A stretch of 64,000 nucleotides of DNA, taken from contig MU005989.1 in assembly GCA_010093745.1 (NCBI GenBank), positions 64,776 through 128,775 of the forward strand, given 5' to 3'. Source of the DNA: Piedraia hortae CBS 480.64. Its lineage: Eukaryota. Of the stretch, positions 18,920-30,496 are shown piece after piece; position 1 is the first letter of the stretch; every line of letters begins with the position of its first letter. The position numbers were made by a program, and so were the translations under genes. The notes under the pieces were generated by a model, which had not been told where the DNA came from, did no database searches, and saw nothing but the letters and a program-made list of their open reading frames with translations.

Positions 18920-21900
18920 CTACAACCACGGCAGCCACGCAGGGTCCATTTTGGCAATCTTCTCAAGACTGGTTGCATCGGCGGCGAGGTCTAGAACACT
19001 CTGACTTGCGGGAAGGTTGTTGCCTACAGGCTCCTTTCCCAAAACTCTCGCACGCCTGACGATCTTTTCCGCGTTCTTCTGCTCCAGCTCCTTGAGCTCC
19101 GTTTCCCTGGGCACCTGTCGCTGGTTGGCGCTGTACCACGACGCAATGTCGTCGCGGATGAATATCGCCAGCTGCTGCTCCATTTCGCATTTTGTGGTTT
19201 GCACGACGCTGCTGCTAGTGTTTCCATTGCTGCTTTCGGAACTAGGCTGCGAAGTGTAGGAACTGTCCGCTGTGAGACAACGTGCAATGGCCATTAGGGC
19301 ACAAACGAAGATGCCTTCGGTGTGTAGGGGCCCCATGACGGTCTGAAGGTTGGGCGTCAGACGGAAGGGGACGACCTCGGGGTTGTGGTAGACAGCCTGT
19401 GCAGTGGACATGGCAGGCACCATGTCGCTCGTCCAGATGTTGCCGTTGCGTTGTGCGAAAATGATTCGGCAAGGCATGCGATTAGCAATGTGCATTGTGT
19501 ATGAAGCGTACGTCAGGGCAGCGAGCTGGTATGAGTATTGGCGACGAAAGAGCCAAAAGGATTCAAACGTCGGGTGCGTGTTGGCAAAGTAACTGCGAGC
19601 AACACTGGTCGGCACAAACTCCTGCTGTACGTATTCAAATACTTCCAGCCTGCCGTCAATATCCTCCCTAGGGTTCGACATCTGCCGAAGTTTGTTTGTG
19701 GTAAAGTCGAAGGCCGCATCTTTATCGACATCGTTGCGTCTGCAAAAGTCGTTGTACACGGCTTGCAGCGAAACGTACGACTCATCATCCTGCACCAGGC
19801 GTGTGCTAGCTGATAAGGGAATAATGGCCGGAATATGGAACTGTAAGTTGCGACGCCTGCTCTCCTTCTTCTTGGACAAGGTGCTGTTGAAGATGCGCAG
19901 CAGCTGGGCCACCCGCTCCTCTCGCCTGATGTAGCGCGATGCAGAGATTTGCACCGTAAACGGGTGGAGGCTGCCATCGTGGCCTCTAATCGTCATCCTG
20001 CGATAGCAAGAAGTAGCAGTGCGAACAAGATCGATCTTGGGAAGGAAACGCTCGATGCGGATAAAGTTCTGGTTCTTGTCCTTGAGCTGGAGATACTGGC
20101 CTGGAACCTCGAGTTCGTCGAACCAGGAGAAGGTCAAGCCGCCCAGATGCGTCGTCTCCGTGAACAGCATCGAAGGGGGGCGACGATCAAGCTGATCGGC
20201 CAACCGGTCCCTCCACCTACGCAGCCTGGTAATGTACTCCACCATGGACAGCTTGGTGACTATAAAGTCTGCTTGGAAGGCCTCGCCATGTTTGGACGCC
20301 GCTATGGCGTCAGCGAATCTCTGCAGCTGCGCCTCGGCATGCGGCGTCATCTTGCTGTCTGGACTGGCCAAGTTGGGCGAACGAGACACCTGCTGCTGGG
20401 CGTCTGTAAGCAAGCCCACAACGATCCTGAAGGCATCCTCGTCATGATTCCACTTGAAGAACCTCTGGATTTGGTCTGCCATGGACTCCATCGAAGCGTA
20501 GAGCAACGGGAAAGCCGTCCTAAGGGTGACCGTCAGTGTATCAAGGTAGTCGAGTGCCTTTTTGGGTTTGTGAGCATCATTCCCCTTGGCCTCTTCGCTC
20601 TTGGCCGGAGTCTCGGTCGACTGCGCAAGACCACTTGCCGTGTCTGGTCTGGAAGATCCACCAGCGCTCTCAGGCCTTTGTGGAGTCTCGGCGTCTGGCC
20701 GCTTCAACCCTTCTCGCGCAGCCTTCTCTCGCTGTTCCCGAAGCGCCGTGGAGCGCTTAGCACCAATAACGGCCTCTTCATGGTTCATACGTAAGTGGAA
20801 ATGCAAAGCCTGAGGGAACGACTTGGCGAGGACGGCGAGGATTTGATGAGCTATGGCTGCCTCATATGGGCTGCGTCCGAGGTTGGCAAACAGCTGCGGG
20901 ATGAAGGTGATCCAGTACCACCACGGCTGATCGCCCTGATACTTGTTATACGCCTTGGCCAGTGTCCCATTGCTATCGTCCAAACTCAACAACCAAAGGA
21001 TGCGGCTCAGCAACTTGCGGGACTTTGCGCTCTTGTAGTGCCCGGCAGCCTCGAGATAACAAACGATGGCATTGCCAGCAAGCTCGAGGTCGCCCGAACT
21101 CTGCGAGAACAAGTTGTCACTGTACCGTCCCCACTCGGCCCAGGCCTTGGGCAGTTTGATGTCAAAGTACAGTGCGGACCCAAAAGCGTCGTGGGCTTCC
21201 GTCTTCTGGCCGAGCCTGCTCAAGAACATGCCCTTGAGCGTGTAGAACTCTGCTTTTTGACCGGGAGTGAAGAAGCTCAGGTTGGTGTTGTTGATGACCT
21301 CCAAGCCATTGGTCATCTCGTTGGGGTTCTGGTAGTGACACTTGGCCTGCTCCCGGAGCTTGAGGAACGCCTCTTGGATCTCGATATTGGGCAGTGTGTA
21401 TATCTTGCCCAGCTGAGATATGCACAAGTCTGGCATCTGGTGTTTGCGAGCAACATGGGCGAAACGATTGATAATCCACGCCGTCTCATGGTAGCCGCGA
21501 TAGGCATAACTGTTGCTCGGCGTGCCGCCATTCTGCGGATGCGTCACTAGACGAAGATAGGTCTGGTTGATGAGGGCAAAAATGTGTTGGCGCCAAGTTA
21601 TGAGCTCTTGCCAGGCGGTAATGTCGTCCCAGACGTTGGGCAGGCGGTCTCGCCACGTGCTCAGCAACACCTTCAGATCCTGAGACTTGGAGTCGAGGTT
21701 GCCGGCATTAGTACCCAAAAGACTCTGGCAGATATTGCTTGCATCGTGCAGCTCCATTAGCTGCTGGAAGTGCTGCAACATGCCGACATGTGCATTCGTG
21801 AGATTCCTGGGCAACTTCAGCCAATTCTTAATCGACAATTGTGTGCAATCATCCATGGTTTGCTGGAATGGAACCGACTGTTCCTTGCCGTGAAAGGACT

Positions 21901-24900
21901 TTAGCAGCGAGATGAAGGCCTGGAAGAACAGGCGTTTGGGTGTCGGCGCATCCGAAAGAGCCTTGGCAATGTTATCGTAGTGATCCAAGTTCTTCACATC
22001 CGACCAGGCCTCAAAGTTACGCCAGACGGATTCGAGATACAGGTCGTTGTTATTTTCGTGCTTGGCAAATTCGACCAAAAACTCCCAATTTTGCAGTTTT
22101 CCCGTGCAGTGAATGAACTGATCCTCCCACAGCACGTACTCACCCGTGGGGAACGGCAACAGACCCTTGCGTGCCTTGTGCTGCGCTTGCTCATACATTC
22201 TCTGTGCTTTGTCCCACACCCCAATCTGCTCATACGACAAGGCTGCATTCGTCTCCAGATAGTCGGCTCGCCGCCGCCAAAGGCCGTAAAATAGATCCGT
22301 CTCATCCAGCGTTGAATATAGCCCCACCAACGCGTCGAGGTTGCTTTCGCGCACGGCAGGAGTGTCGACGGCGGGCTTCATGGCCAGGTTTTCTTCATAT
22401 GTCATGGCCACGTACCATCCATTGTAACTCTTGGCCAGATACGTGAACACCTGGGGAGACATTTTGCAAACGGGCTTACAGAGCGCGATGGCATCCATCA
22501 TGGTGGAGATGCAATTTGGCCGCCGTTCGCTCTGACGCATATGGTGCTCCTTAGTCATGGACCGGACGAGGCCATCCTCAATGTCGACGCGGTCATCCTT
22601 GGCCAAAGCAGACCAGCACATGGGAAAGAAAGCCGTCCAGATGTCATGGGCGAGCTGTACATCCACGTGCTGCAGGTCCTGGAGCGGACACAGCACATCT
22701 CGAGCACGAATGCTGCCAATTTCATTTAGAAACTGCTTCTCTGCCGCCGCCAAGCTCTCAAGGTTGCTATCCAGCATCACATTGGCGCCCTTTGAGGATG
22801 GCTGGCGACCATAAAGGGCCGAAACAGGCAAGCAAGTGAAGCCGTCGCTGGGAGGGCGAAGGGGCAGTGACTGGTCGATTGAGCCAAACATGAGGTGGAT
22901 AACCTGGCTCAGCCAGAAGCTGTTAGCCAACGTGTCCCAGTTCTGCTCGCAAATCAGCTTGTATAGCCGGCTGTTCATGGACCGGCTGAGGGCTCGGTCG
23001 TAAATGGCCATGAAGCGGGAACGCATCTCTACATTTGGGTTCCTCAGGCCGATGAGGAATGGAGCCTCGAGACGGACTGTGAGCTCGGAGCGAAGGATCT
23101 TCGGGTCTTCGTAGATGCGAAGGACGAGATCCATAAACATGTTGTACAGCTTCGAGTCGGCCCTGTGCTCAAACGACTGCATCTTCTGCAACACAGCCGT
23201 CTTCTCCTTGAGCGTCGGGTACAGATCTGGCGGGTCAAAGATCCAATTGTCCACTTGCTTAATGATCTTTTCACACAGATCAAAATTCTCCGATCGTTCC
23301 ACAAACGTGGCCAGGATGCCCAGGTACGGCCGACGCTGCTCATTGAGCACACTAATGCGAGCAGAGAGCACATCAACAACACGGAGGACAGAGGCAAGGC
23401 TGGCGTCAATCGCCGGCGAACTGAGCGGTTGCACAGCCGACTGGGACAATGCGTTTGCAGGGGCAGCGAACACAGCCAAGTGTTCCTTGATCAATCTGTT
23501 CTGCAGAGACTGGAAGAGGGCCGGTACGTGTGTGTCTGCATCCTCTGGCTTCCGCTGAGCCATGGCCCAAACAATGTTGATTCCGGCCAGCTCGTTGCTA
23601 TTCTTTAGTGCGTCGCCTGCAGTGGAACCCAAGAAGCTGAGAAACTCTTGGCTCGGGTCATCAGCATCGGGAAGTTCTTCGTCTGCAGCTCGGAGCGGAA
23701 TTGCGTCCAGGATGCGCTTCATCAACGACGGCATTTGCAGGCTGGATGGGACGTAGCTGGGCATACCTGACCCATACAATGCGGCTTGGACATCGAGATT
23801 GTCAATCTTCAACGGTATCGCCAGCAACTTCTGCAGCTGCGGCAGACGGGCAACAACCCATTCATCCGATCGGCTGTTCACTAAGACTCTGAGAATCTCA
23901 AGCACGTTGATGATCCGCGTGGCCCACAGCTCGGCCTTGTCCTCGGCCTTGTGTTCGTTGCAGAGGACCTGCTCCGTCACCTTGGGGAACATGGAGCTGA
24001 TGTCCAGATCGACCCAGTGAGGAGGAGAGAGCAACTTCTTGAGCAGGTCCAGTGACTTGACAATGGGTTCCAAGCTCGTCTGCAGTGCCCGTTGCTGCGC
24101 ACCATCGAGGCCATTTCTGGTGGAAACAGGGAAGCGTTCTGGCAGGGTGGCAATGAACTGGACCAGATACTTAATCAGCGTAAGTCTTCCTTGTGCACCC
24201 ATGACTGGCCATCTACGGTCTGAGGGTCTACCCTGCGCGGTAAAGAGCGGCCCAAGCTCGTTGTATGCCCGATTCTCCCACTGCCAAATCATACTGATGA
24301 TATTGAGCGCCAACTTTCGAGTCTCGGCAGAAAGACTGGGAAGCTGCGCTACTCGTCCAATAGTGGACGGCACGATGCTGGCAAAGGCGTCCCGAGCCTC
24401 GTAAAAAGTGTCTGGATGACGCACGAGGAACTGGTAAATGCTGGTCAACTGCTGCACATTTCCGATCTCATCAGCCATGACCTTGCGTGGCAGGCGGTGG
24501 CAGACGAGCTGCTTGTTCTCCGACACACCCAGCCGCTTCACGAGGACAGGCTCGAGGATCTCCAGCGACTGCATGACCAAGTTCTTGACCTCGGCCTGAT
24601 GGGCGCGCAAGAGAGTATTATACACTTGCACGGCAATCTTGGGCGGTGTGTCGTAGTTTGCAATGAAGAAGGCGATGAAGCAGTAAGCGGCATATTTGTT
24701 GCTGTGGTCATCCAGCCGCCGAATGTAGTTCCACCCAAACTTGATGAGATCCTTCCTCGCATCCTGCAGGTCGCTGTAGTAGTACTTGACCAGGAAGGAC
24801 GAGGCCTGGAGAAGCTCCATGCGGCTGTGGTCAACACCGTGGGTGCCGTCGTCTGAGATGGCAGCAACCGACTGAGGCACCCAGAGCTCATGGTGAATGA

Positions 24901-27900
24901 CGCCAATCATTTCTGCATTCATGAGCGGAGTGGCCTTGACCTTTTCTACAGAACCCGCCCTCCAGTTCCGCATCACGTCGTTTGCCAAGATGGGGTTCAG
25001 AATGTTGTGGAAGACGAACCACTTCATCTTCTGGTTCTTCCTCTTGTCAGTGAAGGTGCTGATGCTACGCTTCATCATCGTCTGCTGGTAGTCAACGTCT
25101 GCACTGGCGATGACATGGTCATAGAGGTATGCCTTCAGAGTCGGCGTCGGCATCAACTCGCCCTTTGTGCATCTTTCAACGATGCCGAACAAGAAGTCGA
25201 CATCATGTCGATGTTGTGCAAGGTACACGGCGCAGATACGCAAGATTCGCTCAGAAGCGTGTGCTGCGGCCAATCTGATGCCCGAGGGTAGCACAATCCG
25301 GTTCTTTGCAGGCTGCACGTTGGTGGCTGCCTGTACCAATGCATTCCTGACGCCATTGTTGGCCAACAGCTCTTCTCCGGTCGATCTGAACGAACAAACA
25401 GCCTCGGCCACTTGGAGAGCATTAACCTGAACCGTGATTCTCTCATCCATCGTCAGCCCTTCAGCAGTGAAAGCGTCTACGAACATGTTTGTATTCTTGA
25501 CCACTGCAGCCCTCAAGGCAGTGCTGGCCTCTTCAAACAACAGCTGCGTGAACAGGTTTCCCCTTGCCTCGTCTTTGAGCGCCGCCATGAAATACTTGCA
25601 GCTCTCTTCTGCGTAGCGGTTAAAGTAGGGAATTAGTGGCGCTCGGAAGCAACTGTTTCTCGTTCGCCGCAGAGTCTTCTCAAGGCTCAACACCTTCTCC
25701 ACGAGATCAGGCAGGAACTGAACCGCGGCAGATGGGAGCAGATGAAAAATAGAAAAGACTTCGCGGGTAATGTTCATCTTGTCGTCCGTATCGACCAGAC
25801 CAAACGAGGCACGCTGTAGTGTTGTAGGGTCCGTAACATGGCGCATATGTTCCAAAAGTCGATTTCCTATCTCCACCTTGAAGTAATTCGTCAGAAGCTG
25901 TAAGAGCGTACGGAGCCCCTCCAGCCCTTCAACAGACAGCCGTCGGGGATCCTGAACATTCATCAGGATCGGCTTTAGCCCGTTCTGCAGCAGATCTCTG
26001 GGCAGCTTCATAATATTGTCGAGCACGGTTTTGAGCCCGAGGTGAGCCACCGAGGCCACTGTCTTGTTCTTGCTGTAGAGGCTTTTGAAGAATATGTTAG
26101 TTACCCTTGCCCCGTGCTGAGTGATATTCTGCTGCGGCTGCTGGCCCTGAGACTGTTGACCCGCTTGACCTTGTTGGTTTGGCGGCACCGGCTGATTAAA
26201 CGCGTTCAGGCGCATGGCCGTAGTCAAGAGCTTCAGACCGGATACTCTAAGGCGGATTATGCTCTCTTGAGTCCTGTACTCGGTGGGCTTCTGAGCGAGC
26301 ACATCGTCATCTGCATCCACCAGCGCCGTTGTCTCGTGCAGAAGTCTGTTAACCGGATCACCAAAGGTCAAGACGTCGTGACCGAGATCAAGCATATAAG
26401 TGATGGCATCAATGTAGCCAATCTGCGTTGCAAACGGCAGTGCTCGCAGCGGTTTGTTAAAGATTGACTTGACCAGCGGGTCCTTGACGGGATTCACAAT
26501 CTCGTGAAGGGGTAGACCCAGGATCGAAGCCAGCGCGTTGAGCGAAAGCCGTGCAGCCTCACGGTTATGGCGGTTCATGTTCCCCAGTTCGGCCACAAGT
26601 CTGTCAGCAATCATGTGCAGCTTGTCGTCCTTTGCAAGCAATCGGGCCTTCAGATCGCCCTTTTGCACGTAATCGCTGCTGGCAAAGCGTTTGACAAGCT
26701 CGACGCACGTATCCTTGGCTTTGATGCGGACATTGGCCGGCAGATCTTGGGGCATGACCTTGATCACAAACAGAAGAGCACGCGTAAACTCGAGCGTGCG
26801 GTCAACTACCCACTTGTCCGTCAGACTCATCTTGTTGCTGTCAATCAAGTGTGCAATGCCCAGCACTCCGCCAGACTGGGTAAACCACTCTTCTTCGTAA
26901 CATGCATGGATGCAGCGTTCAGCCAAGATCGAGAAGAACGGCAGCTTTTCTGCCTTGTCCTCTGTCCCACACAGCACAGTTGCCATCTTGAGACAAGACT
27001 GCATTGCATTGCTGGCAACCTCGCGGACGTCGTCCACCTCACAGGCCAAGGACGCCGTCATGGCATCGATAATGACCGTGGTGCTGATGGAAAGAGGCCC
27101 CTCCCGGTTCTTCACATCGTATGGATTCTCCTTGACCCTCTCCTTGGCAGATACACTACCGAGCTCGATGATCATAAAGTGTCGGTAAAGACCATTCAGG
27201 AACCGAGTCGCGTCTGCCTTGAGGTTGTCCAAAGTGCCAGCGGCGAACATCAAGGCCTTGAGCAGCTTCAGCAGTATGGCCTGTTGATCATCTCTCTTGA
27301 CGATACTCTTTCGGCTATCAGATGGATCAACTGGGATGGGCTCGGCCACGTTCTTCTCGGCAAAATCATCCGCCCGAATGCGCAGCGTCTTCGCCAAATC
27401 ATCGGGCAAAGTATCAGAGCCAATCAACATCTTGACGTTGGCCGTGATGAGTTGATAAGCCAGGCGTTTATAGTACTCATCATTCCTCTTGGCGATATCA
27501 GACTGAGGGACGGGCTCCCAAAGACGCTCAACGGAGGTGTCGATGCCGAGTCTTGTTGGCAAGTTGCGTTCGCCATAGTTTCCAACACCATTGAACAACT
27601 TGATCGGGACCTTTGGCTCCTCGTCGGCCCAGGGGCGCCACTCTAAATTTGGAGGGTATGTAAGGAAGCGTCTATTCCTGCCGCCCAGCTTGCCCAGGAT
27701 CCTAGCTGCGGAATGCGCACTTTGGTAGCCAGTCACGATGATGGGTGGGCTGCCAGGCTGTACAGTGGTGGAAACGGGGATCGAGGGCTTCAGCATGCGC
27801 CAAAGCGATCCCATAATTTCCTCCATCCACGGCTGCATAATAGGATCGAGATAGTCGGCTGTGAGATTATCAATACAGAGCTCCAGAGTACGGAGACCCT

Positions 27901-30496
27901 GTGTTGTAAGCTCAGTGGACCCGGCACTGCCTGACCTCGTCTCGTTGTTGGCACCCAGAGGACGGGATTCGCTAGCACTTACGCGCTCGCCGGACCGCAA
28001 AGCAATTGTCAACGGCCGCATGAGGAAGCTGAGATGAGGTAAGAGATTACTCAAACGTGCAGGCACCGTGAGCGAAAGCTCTACAAACAGGTCGCGATTC
28101 GATCGGTTCTTTGCTGCTGCTAGATGCGTGTTCAGGACTTGAAGCAGCATTTCAAGCAACGGTAGGATCTCCCTGTACAAATGCTCAAACCGACCACCGC
28201 CAATGGAGCGGAACAGGCTTCTAAGAAGTAGAAAGTAATTGATGGGCTCTTCGGCGATAGCAGAAAGCTCAATAGAACGAGTGATCAGCTCCCGTACATG
28301 AGGCAACAGCACTGGCTCGTTGTGTGAACTGAAGAGCGTAACTGCCATGAAGCTTAGCTTAAACAGCCTGAGCAGGACAGACGTCTTTGTGCCATCCCGA
28401 TCACCGACTTCTGGGAGCTTAGACATTAGGAAGCGCAGCAACATGCTGCAAAAGGCTGCACTGGTTGCCTCGGAGGCGAGTAAGAACTGCGGCACATGGA
28501 GTAAATTGGGGTTGCCAAAAGACTGCTCGTAGAGGAATTCGAGGCCACTCTGGCTTGTCCCGTCACTGGACGGTAAGCGACTGGTAAATATTTCGTGAAC
28601 GGTAGCGGGATCTAGGTAGTGAAAGATGGTGGCAAACGACTCGAGTAAGTCCTTTTCCTCTTTGGAGTTGGCCGTAATCGAAGCAAGGCTCGGGTTCAGC
28701 GCCCCGTCGAGGTCTTGTTTTTGGTCAATGGGGAGGTAGTACTGGAAGCACTGAGTGCCCTCCCGGAAGAGCCTGATCAGCACTTCGACTTCCTCGGCCG
28801 TGAAGCCGTAAGAAAGGTCGGACCAGTTCAACGGAGCGTTTACCGCCTCCACCTCGTCTTTCAGGTCACGCACGTTTGTGTTCCGGAGCGCGGCAAAGAA
28901 CGGCCGAAGACCATGCAGCAGGTTTTTGAAGAGGAACCTGTTGTCCTGCACCGGATCGGTAAGGCGGTCTCTGGGGCTGACGACGTTAATGGGCATGGCG
29001 GAGAAGATGTCGATCTCATCCCAGTCAGGCTTCTCCTCGTTGGCTGCCGAGAAGTTCTCTGGTGCTGCATCGAGCGAGTGCCCAGCCTGTGCCTGTTGCT
29101 TGGAGAGCTTCACGGCATTGGGATAGGCACGGTTCATAGCCGCAAACTTTGCAGCGATGCGGTCGAGGACTGTCATCATGTTGAAGCGTGCTTGCTTCTT
29201 ATCCTCTAGCTTCGACATGCACTCAGCCATGTTTAACAGCAGCTTGGCACTCATTGTTTGGTAGCTGGTGCCGGGGACCTCGATGCCATCGTCGCCCGTC
29301 AGATGGCCAACGTAGACAGACACAACCTGTGAAATCTGGTCGGCACTCAGATTCTCGCGGATGTGATGGATCAGATCAGCGAGCATTGTGTATGCCAGCG
29401 GCCGGAGCGTGATTTCTGCCGTTAGACTGTCGCCTACCAGAGTGCGCGGATCAAGCAGAGCGGGAATCACGGGCAGATAGATGGAGCGCACATTGAAGAT
29501 GATGACGTGTCTGATGGCCACCAGGAGTTCTTTTCTCGTTGCTGTAGCCGTTCGTGGAATGTCCCGCAGGAGCCGCACCGTCAGATCCGGCAGGGCTGAG
29601 AGGAATTCTTGCAGAGGGTTCTGATGTGCGCGCAAAAGATAGGCCACGAAGCTCATCATTTTGACCTGCGCCGTAATGAGCTCGCCAAATGCTGCAGATA
29701 GGCCCTTGGTCTTGATCTCGCCCGCAATGCCGGTAAAGATGTCGCCCCTTGCCTTGGCCTCTTCGTGTGCGCGCTTCTGGGGAGCAGCCTGCAACATAAG
29801 AGTGCTCTTGAGTCGCGATAAGAACTTGTCAATGTTGGCGGGCACGAGGTTTCGATGCGCCTGGAATATCATGACCACAATGATGGGGCATTCGGCCACC
29901 ACCTTGAAGCTGCTTATGCCCTTCGCCAGCTGCTTGGTCGTCTGATCCGCCTCTCCGGCAAAAGAGGGCGGGGCTGGCGGACTCCCTTGGTGAGGTGGTG
30001 ATGGACTATCAAACGTGTCCTTGACAGCCTGCTCCATGCCATCAAAGATGTGAAGGATCAGGTCCAGGAACGGCTGTGCCTTTTCCGCCACTGCCGACGT
30101 CCTGGCGTAGTTTCTGCAGAGGTCCATGAGGATCTTGATGCTCAAAACGGCGTTTTCCTCATTGTCCGCCCTGACCAGATCGAGACAAATGCTCATGACT
30201 TTGCTGGTGAAAGGTTCAAGTACTGAAGGATCGGCGCTTAGCTGCGGCAGTCGCTGCAGCGTCTCCAGCGTGGAGTAGCGCAGTTTTTGGTCGAATGAGG
30301 TTGAAATGAAAGACGGCGGACCCGACAAGATCAGGAGCAACACAGGCATCAGCCTGGCCAGGAATTCGGCATAATTCACTTGGGACAGCGCATCCAGCTG
30401 CTCGCGCAGCTCGGCGAGCAGCGAAACCTTTGTTTTTGCATCAATGGAGCCATCCCGCAACTTGTTCTCGTAATCTTCGAGGCTTCGCGATCCCAT
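18920..30496 (-). CDS. TRA1: Tra1/TRRAP PIKK-family pseudokinase scaffold of SAGA/NuA4, single exon, 3858 aa
   Basis: SFKVVAECPIIVV; FAT region (YAYRGYHETAWIINRFAHVARKH, IYTLPNIEIQEAFLKLREQAKC); kinase-like VPFRLTPNLQ; FATC end MDPAWLPWL. Confidence 0.97.
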   Translation of the reverse strand: MGSRSLEDYENKLRDGSIDAKTKVSLLAELREQLDALSQVNYAEFLARLMPVLLLILSGPPSFISTSFDQKLRYSTLETLQRLPQLSADPSVLEPFTSKVMSICLDLVRADNEENAVLSIKILMDLCRNYARTSAVAEKAQPFLDLILHIFDGMEQAVKDTFDSPSPPHQGSPPAPPSFAGEADQTTKQLAKGISSFKVVAECPIIVVMIFQAHRNLVPANIDKFLSRLKSTLMLQAAPQKRAHEEAKARGDIFTGIAGEIKTKGLSAAFGELITAQVKMMSFVAYLLRAHQNPLQEFLSALPDLTVRLLRDIPRTATATRKELLVAIRHVIIFNVRSIYLPVIPALLDPRTLVGDSLTAEITLRPLAYTMLADLIHHIRENLSADQISQVVSVYVGHLTGDDGIEVPGTSYQTMSAKLLLNMAECMSKLEDKKQARFNMMTVLDRIAAKFAAMNRAYPNAVKLSKQQAQAGHSLDAAPENFSAANEEKPDWDEIDIFSAMPINVVSPRDRLTDPVQDNRFLFKNLLHGLRPFFAALRNTNVRDLKDEVEAVNAPLNWSDLSYGFTAEEVEVLIRLFREGTQCFQYYLPIDQKQDLDGALNPSLASITANSKEEKDLLESFATIFHYLDPATVHEIFTSRLPSSDGTSQSGLEFLYEQSFGNPNLLHVPQFLLASEATSAAFCSMLLRFLMSKLPEVGDRDGTKTSVLLRLFKLSFMAVTLFSSHNEPVLLPHVRELITRSIELSAIAEEPINYFLLLRSLFRSIGGGRFEHLYREILPLLEMLLQVLNTHLAAAKNRSNRDLFVELSLTVPARLSNLLPHLSFLMRPLTIALRSGERVSASESRPLGANNETRSGSAGSTELTTQGLRTLELCIDNLTADYLDPIMQPWMEEIMGSLWRMLKPSIPVSTTVQPGSPPIIVTGYQSAHSAARILGKLGGRNRRFLTYPPNLEWRPWADEEPKVPIKLFNGVGNYGERNLPTRLGIDTSVERLWEPVPQSDIAKRNDEYYKRLAYQLITANVKMLIGSDTLPDDLAKTLRIRADDFAEKNVAEPIPVDPSDSRKSIVKRDDQQAILLKLLKALMFAAGTLDNLKADATRFLNGLYRHFMIIELGSVSAKERVKENPYDVKNREGPLSISTTVIIDAMTASLACEVDDVREVASNAMQSCLKMATVLCGTEDKAEKLPFFSILAERCIHACYEEEWFTQSGGVLGIAHLIDSNKMSLTDKWVVDRTLEFTRALLFVIKVMPQDLPANVRIKAKDTCVELVKRFASSDYVQKGDLKARLLAKDDKLHMIADRLVAELGNMNRHNREAARLSLNALASILGLPLHEIVNPVKDPLVKSIFNKPLRALPFATQIGYIDAITYMLDLGHDVLTFGDPVNRLLHETTALVDADDDVLAQKPTEYRTQESIIRLRVSGLKLLTTAMRLNAFNQPVPPNQQGQAGQQSQGQQPQQNITQHGARVTNIFFKSLYSKNKTVASVAHLGLKTVLDNIMKLPRDLLQNGLKPILMNVQDPRRLSVEGLEGLRTLLQLLTNYFKVEIGNRLLEHMRHVTDPTTLQRASFGLVDTDDKMNITREVFSIFHLLPSAAVQFLPDLVEKVLSLEKTLRRTRNSCFRAPLIPYFNRYAEESCKYFMAALKDEARGNLFTQLLFEEASTALRAAVVKNTNMFVDAFTAEGLTMDERITVQVNALQVAEAVCSFRSTGEELLANNGVRNALVQAATNVQPAKNRIVLPSGIRLAAAHASERILRICAVYLAQHRHDVDFLFGIVERCTKGELMPTPTLKAYLYDHVIASADVDYQQTMMKRSISTFTDKRKNQKMKWFVFHNILNPILANDVMRNWRAGSVEKVKATPLMNAEMIGVIHHELWVPQSVAAISDDGTHGVDHSRMELLQASSFLVKYYYSDLQDARKDLIKFGWNYIRRLDDHSNKYAAYCFIAFFIANYDTPPKIAVQVYNTLLRAHQAEVKNLVMQSLEILEPVLVKRLGVSENKQLVCHRLPRKVMADEIGNVQQLTSIYQFLVRHPDTFYEARDAFASIVPSTIGRVAQLPSLSAETRKLALNIISMIWQWENRAYNELGPLFTAQGRPSDRRWPVMGAQGRLTLIKYLVQFIATLPERFPVSTRNGLDGAQQRALQTSLEPIVKSLDLLKKLLSPPHWVDLDISSMFPKVTEQVLCNEHKAEDKAELWATRIINVLEILRVLVNSRSDEWVVARLPQLQKLLAIPLKIDNLDVQAALYGSGMPSYVPSSLQMPSLMKRILDAIPLRAADEELPDADDPSQEFLSFLGSTAGDALKNSNELAGINIVWAMAQRKPEDADTHVPALFQSLQNRLIKEHLAVFAAPANALSQSAVQPLSSPAIDASLASVLRVVDVLSARISVLNEQRRPYLGILATFVERSENFDLCEKIIKQVDNWIFDPPDLYPTLKEKTAVLQKMQSFEHRADSKLYNMFMDLVLRIYEDPKILRSELTVRLEAPFLIGLRNPNVEMRSRFMAIYDRALSRSMNSRLYKLICEQNWDTLANSFWLSQVIHLMFGSIDQSLPLRPPSDGFTCLPVSALYGRQPSSKGANVMLDSNLESLAAAEKQFLNEIGSIRARDVLCPLQDLQHVDVQLAHDIWTAFFPMCWSALAKDDRVDIEDGLVRSMTKEHHMRQSERRPNCISTMMDAIALCKPVCKMSPQVFTYLAKSYNGWYVAMTYEENLAMKPAVDTPAVRESNLDALVGLYSTLDETDLFYGLWRRRADYLETNAALSYEQIGVWDKAQRMYEQAQHKARKGLLPFPTGEYVLWEDQFIHCTGKLQNWEFLVEFAKHENNNDLYLESVWRNFEAWSDVKNLDHYDNIAKALSDAPTPKRLFFQAFISLLKSFHGKEQSVPFQQTMDDCTQLSIKNWLKLPRNLTNAHVGMLQHFQQLMELHDASNICQSLLGTNAGNLDSKSQDLKVLLSTWRDRLPNVWDDITAWQELITWRQHIFALINQTYLRLVTHPQNGGTPSNSYAYRGYHETAWIINRFAHVARKHQMPDLCISQLGKIYTLPNIEIQEAFLKLREQAKCHYQNPNEMTNGLEVINNTNLSFFTPGQKAEFYTLKGMFLSRLGQKTEAHDAFGSALYFDIKLPKAWAEWGRYSDNLFSQSSGDLELAGNAIVCYLEAAGHYKSAKSRKLLSRILWLLSLDDSNGTLAKAYNKYQGDQPWWYWITFIPQLFANLGRSPYEAAIAHQILAVLAKSFPQALHFHLRMNHEEAVIGAKRSTALREQREKAAREGLKRPDAETPQRPESAGGSSRPDTASGLAQSTETPAKSEEAKGNDAHKPKKALDYLDTLTVTLRTAFPLLYASMESMADQIQRFFKWNHDEDAFRIVVGLLTDAQQQVSRSPNLASPDSKMTPHAEAQLQRFADAIAASKHGEAFQADFIVTKLSMVEYITRLRRWRDRLADQLDRRPPSMLFTETTHLGGLTFSWFDELEVPGQYLQLKDKNQNFIRIERFLPKIDLVRTATSCYRRMTIRGHDGSLHPFTVQISASRYIRREERVAQLLRIFNSTLSKKKESRRRNLQFHIPAIIPLSASTRLVQDDESYVSLQAVYNDFCRRNDVDKDAAFDFTTNKLRQMSNPREDIDGRLEVFEYVQQEFVPTSVARSYFANTHPTFESFWLFRRQYSYQLAALTYASYTMHIANRMPCRIIFAQRNGNIWTSDMVPAMSTAQAVYHNPEVVPFRLTPNLQTVMGPLHTEGIFVCALMAIARCLTADSSYTSQPSSESSNGNTSSSVVQTTKCEMEQQLAIFIRDDIASWYSANQRQVPRETELKELEQKNAEKIVRRARVLGKEPVGNNLPASQSVLDLAADATSLEKIAKMDPAWLPWL

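Noticed and set aside
19000..30400. Numerous antisense and alternate-frame ORFs over TRA1 (likewise over UBP15, YCG1, ROT2)
   Set aside because: Expected shadows of GC-rich codon bias; no motifs.
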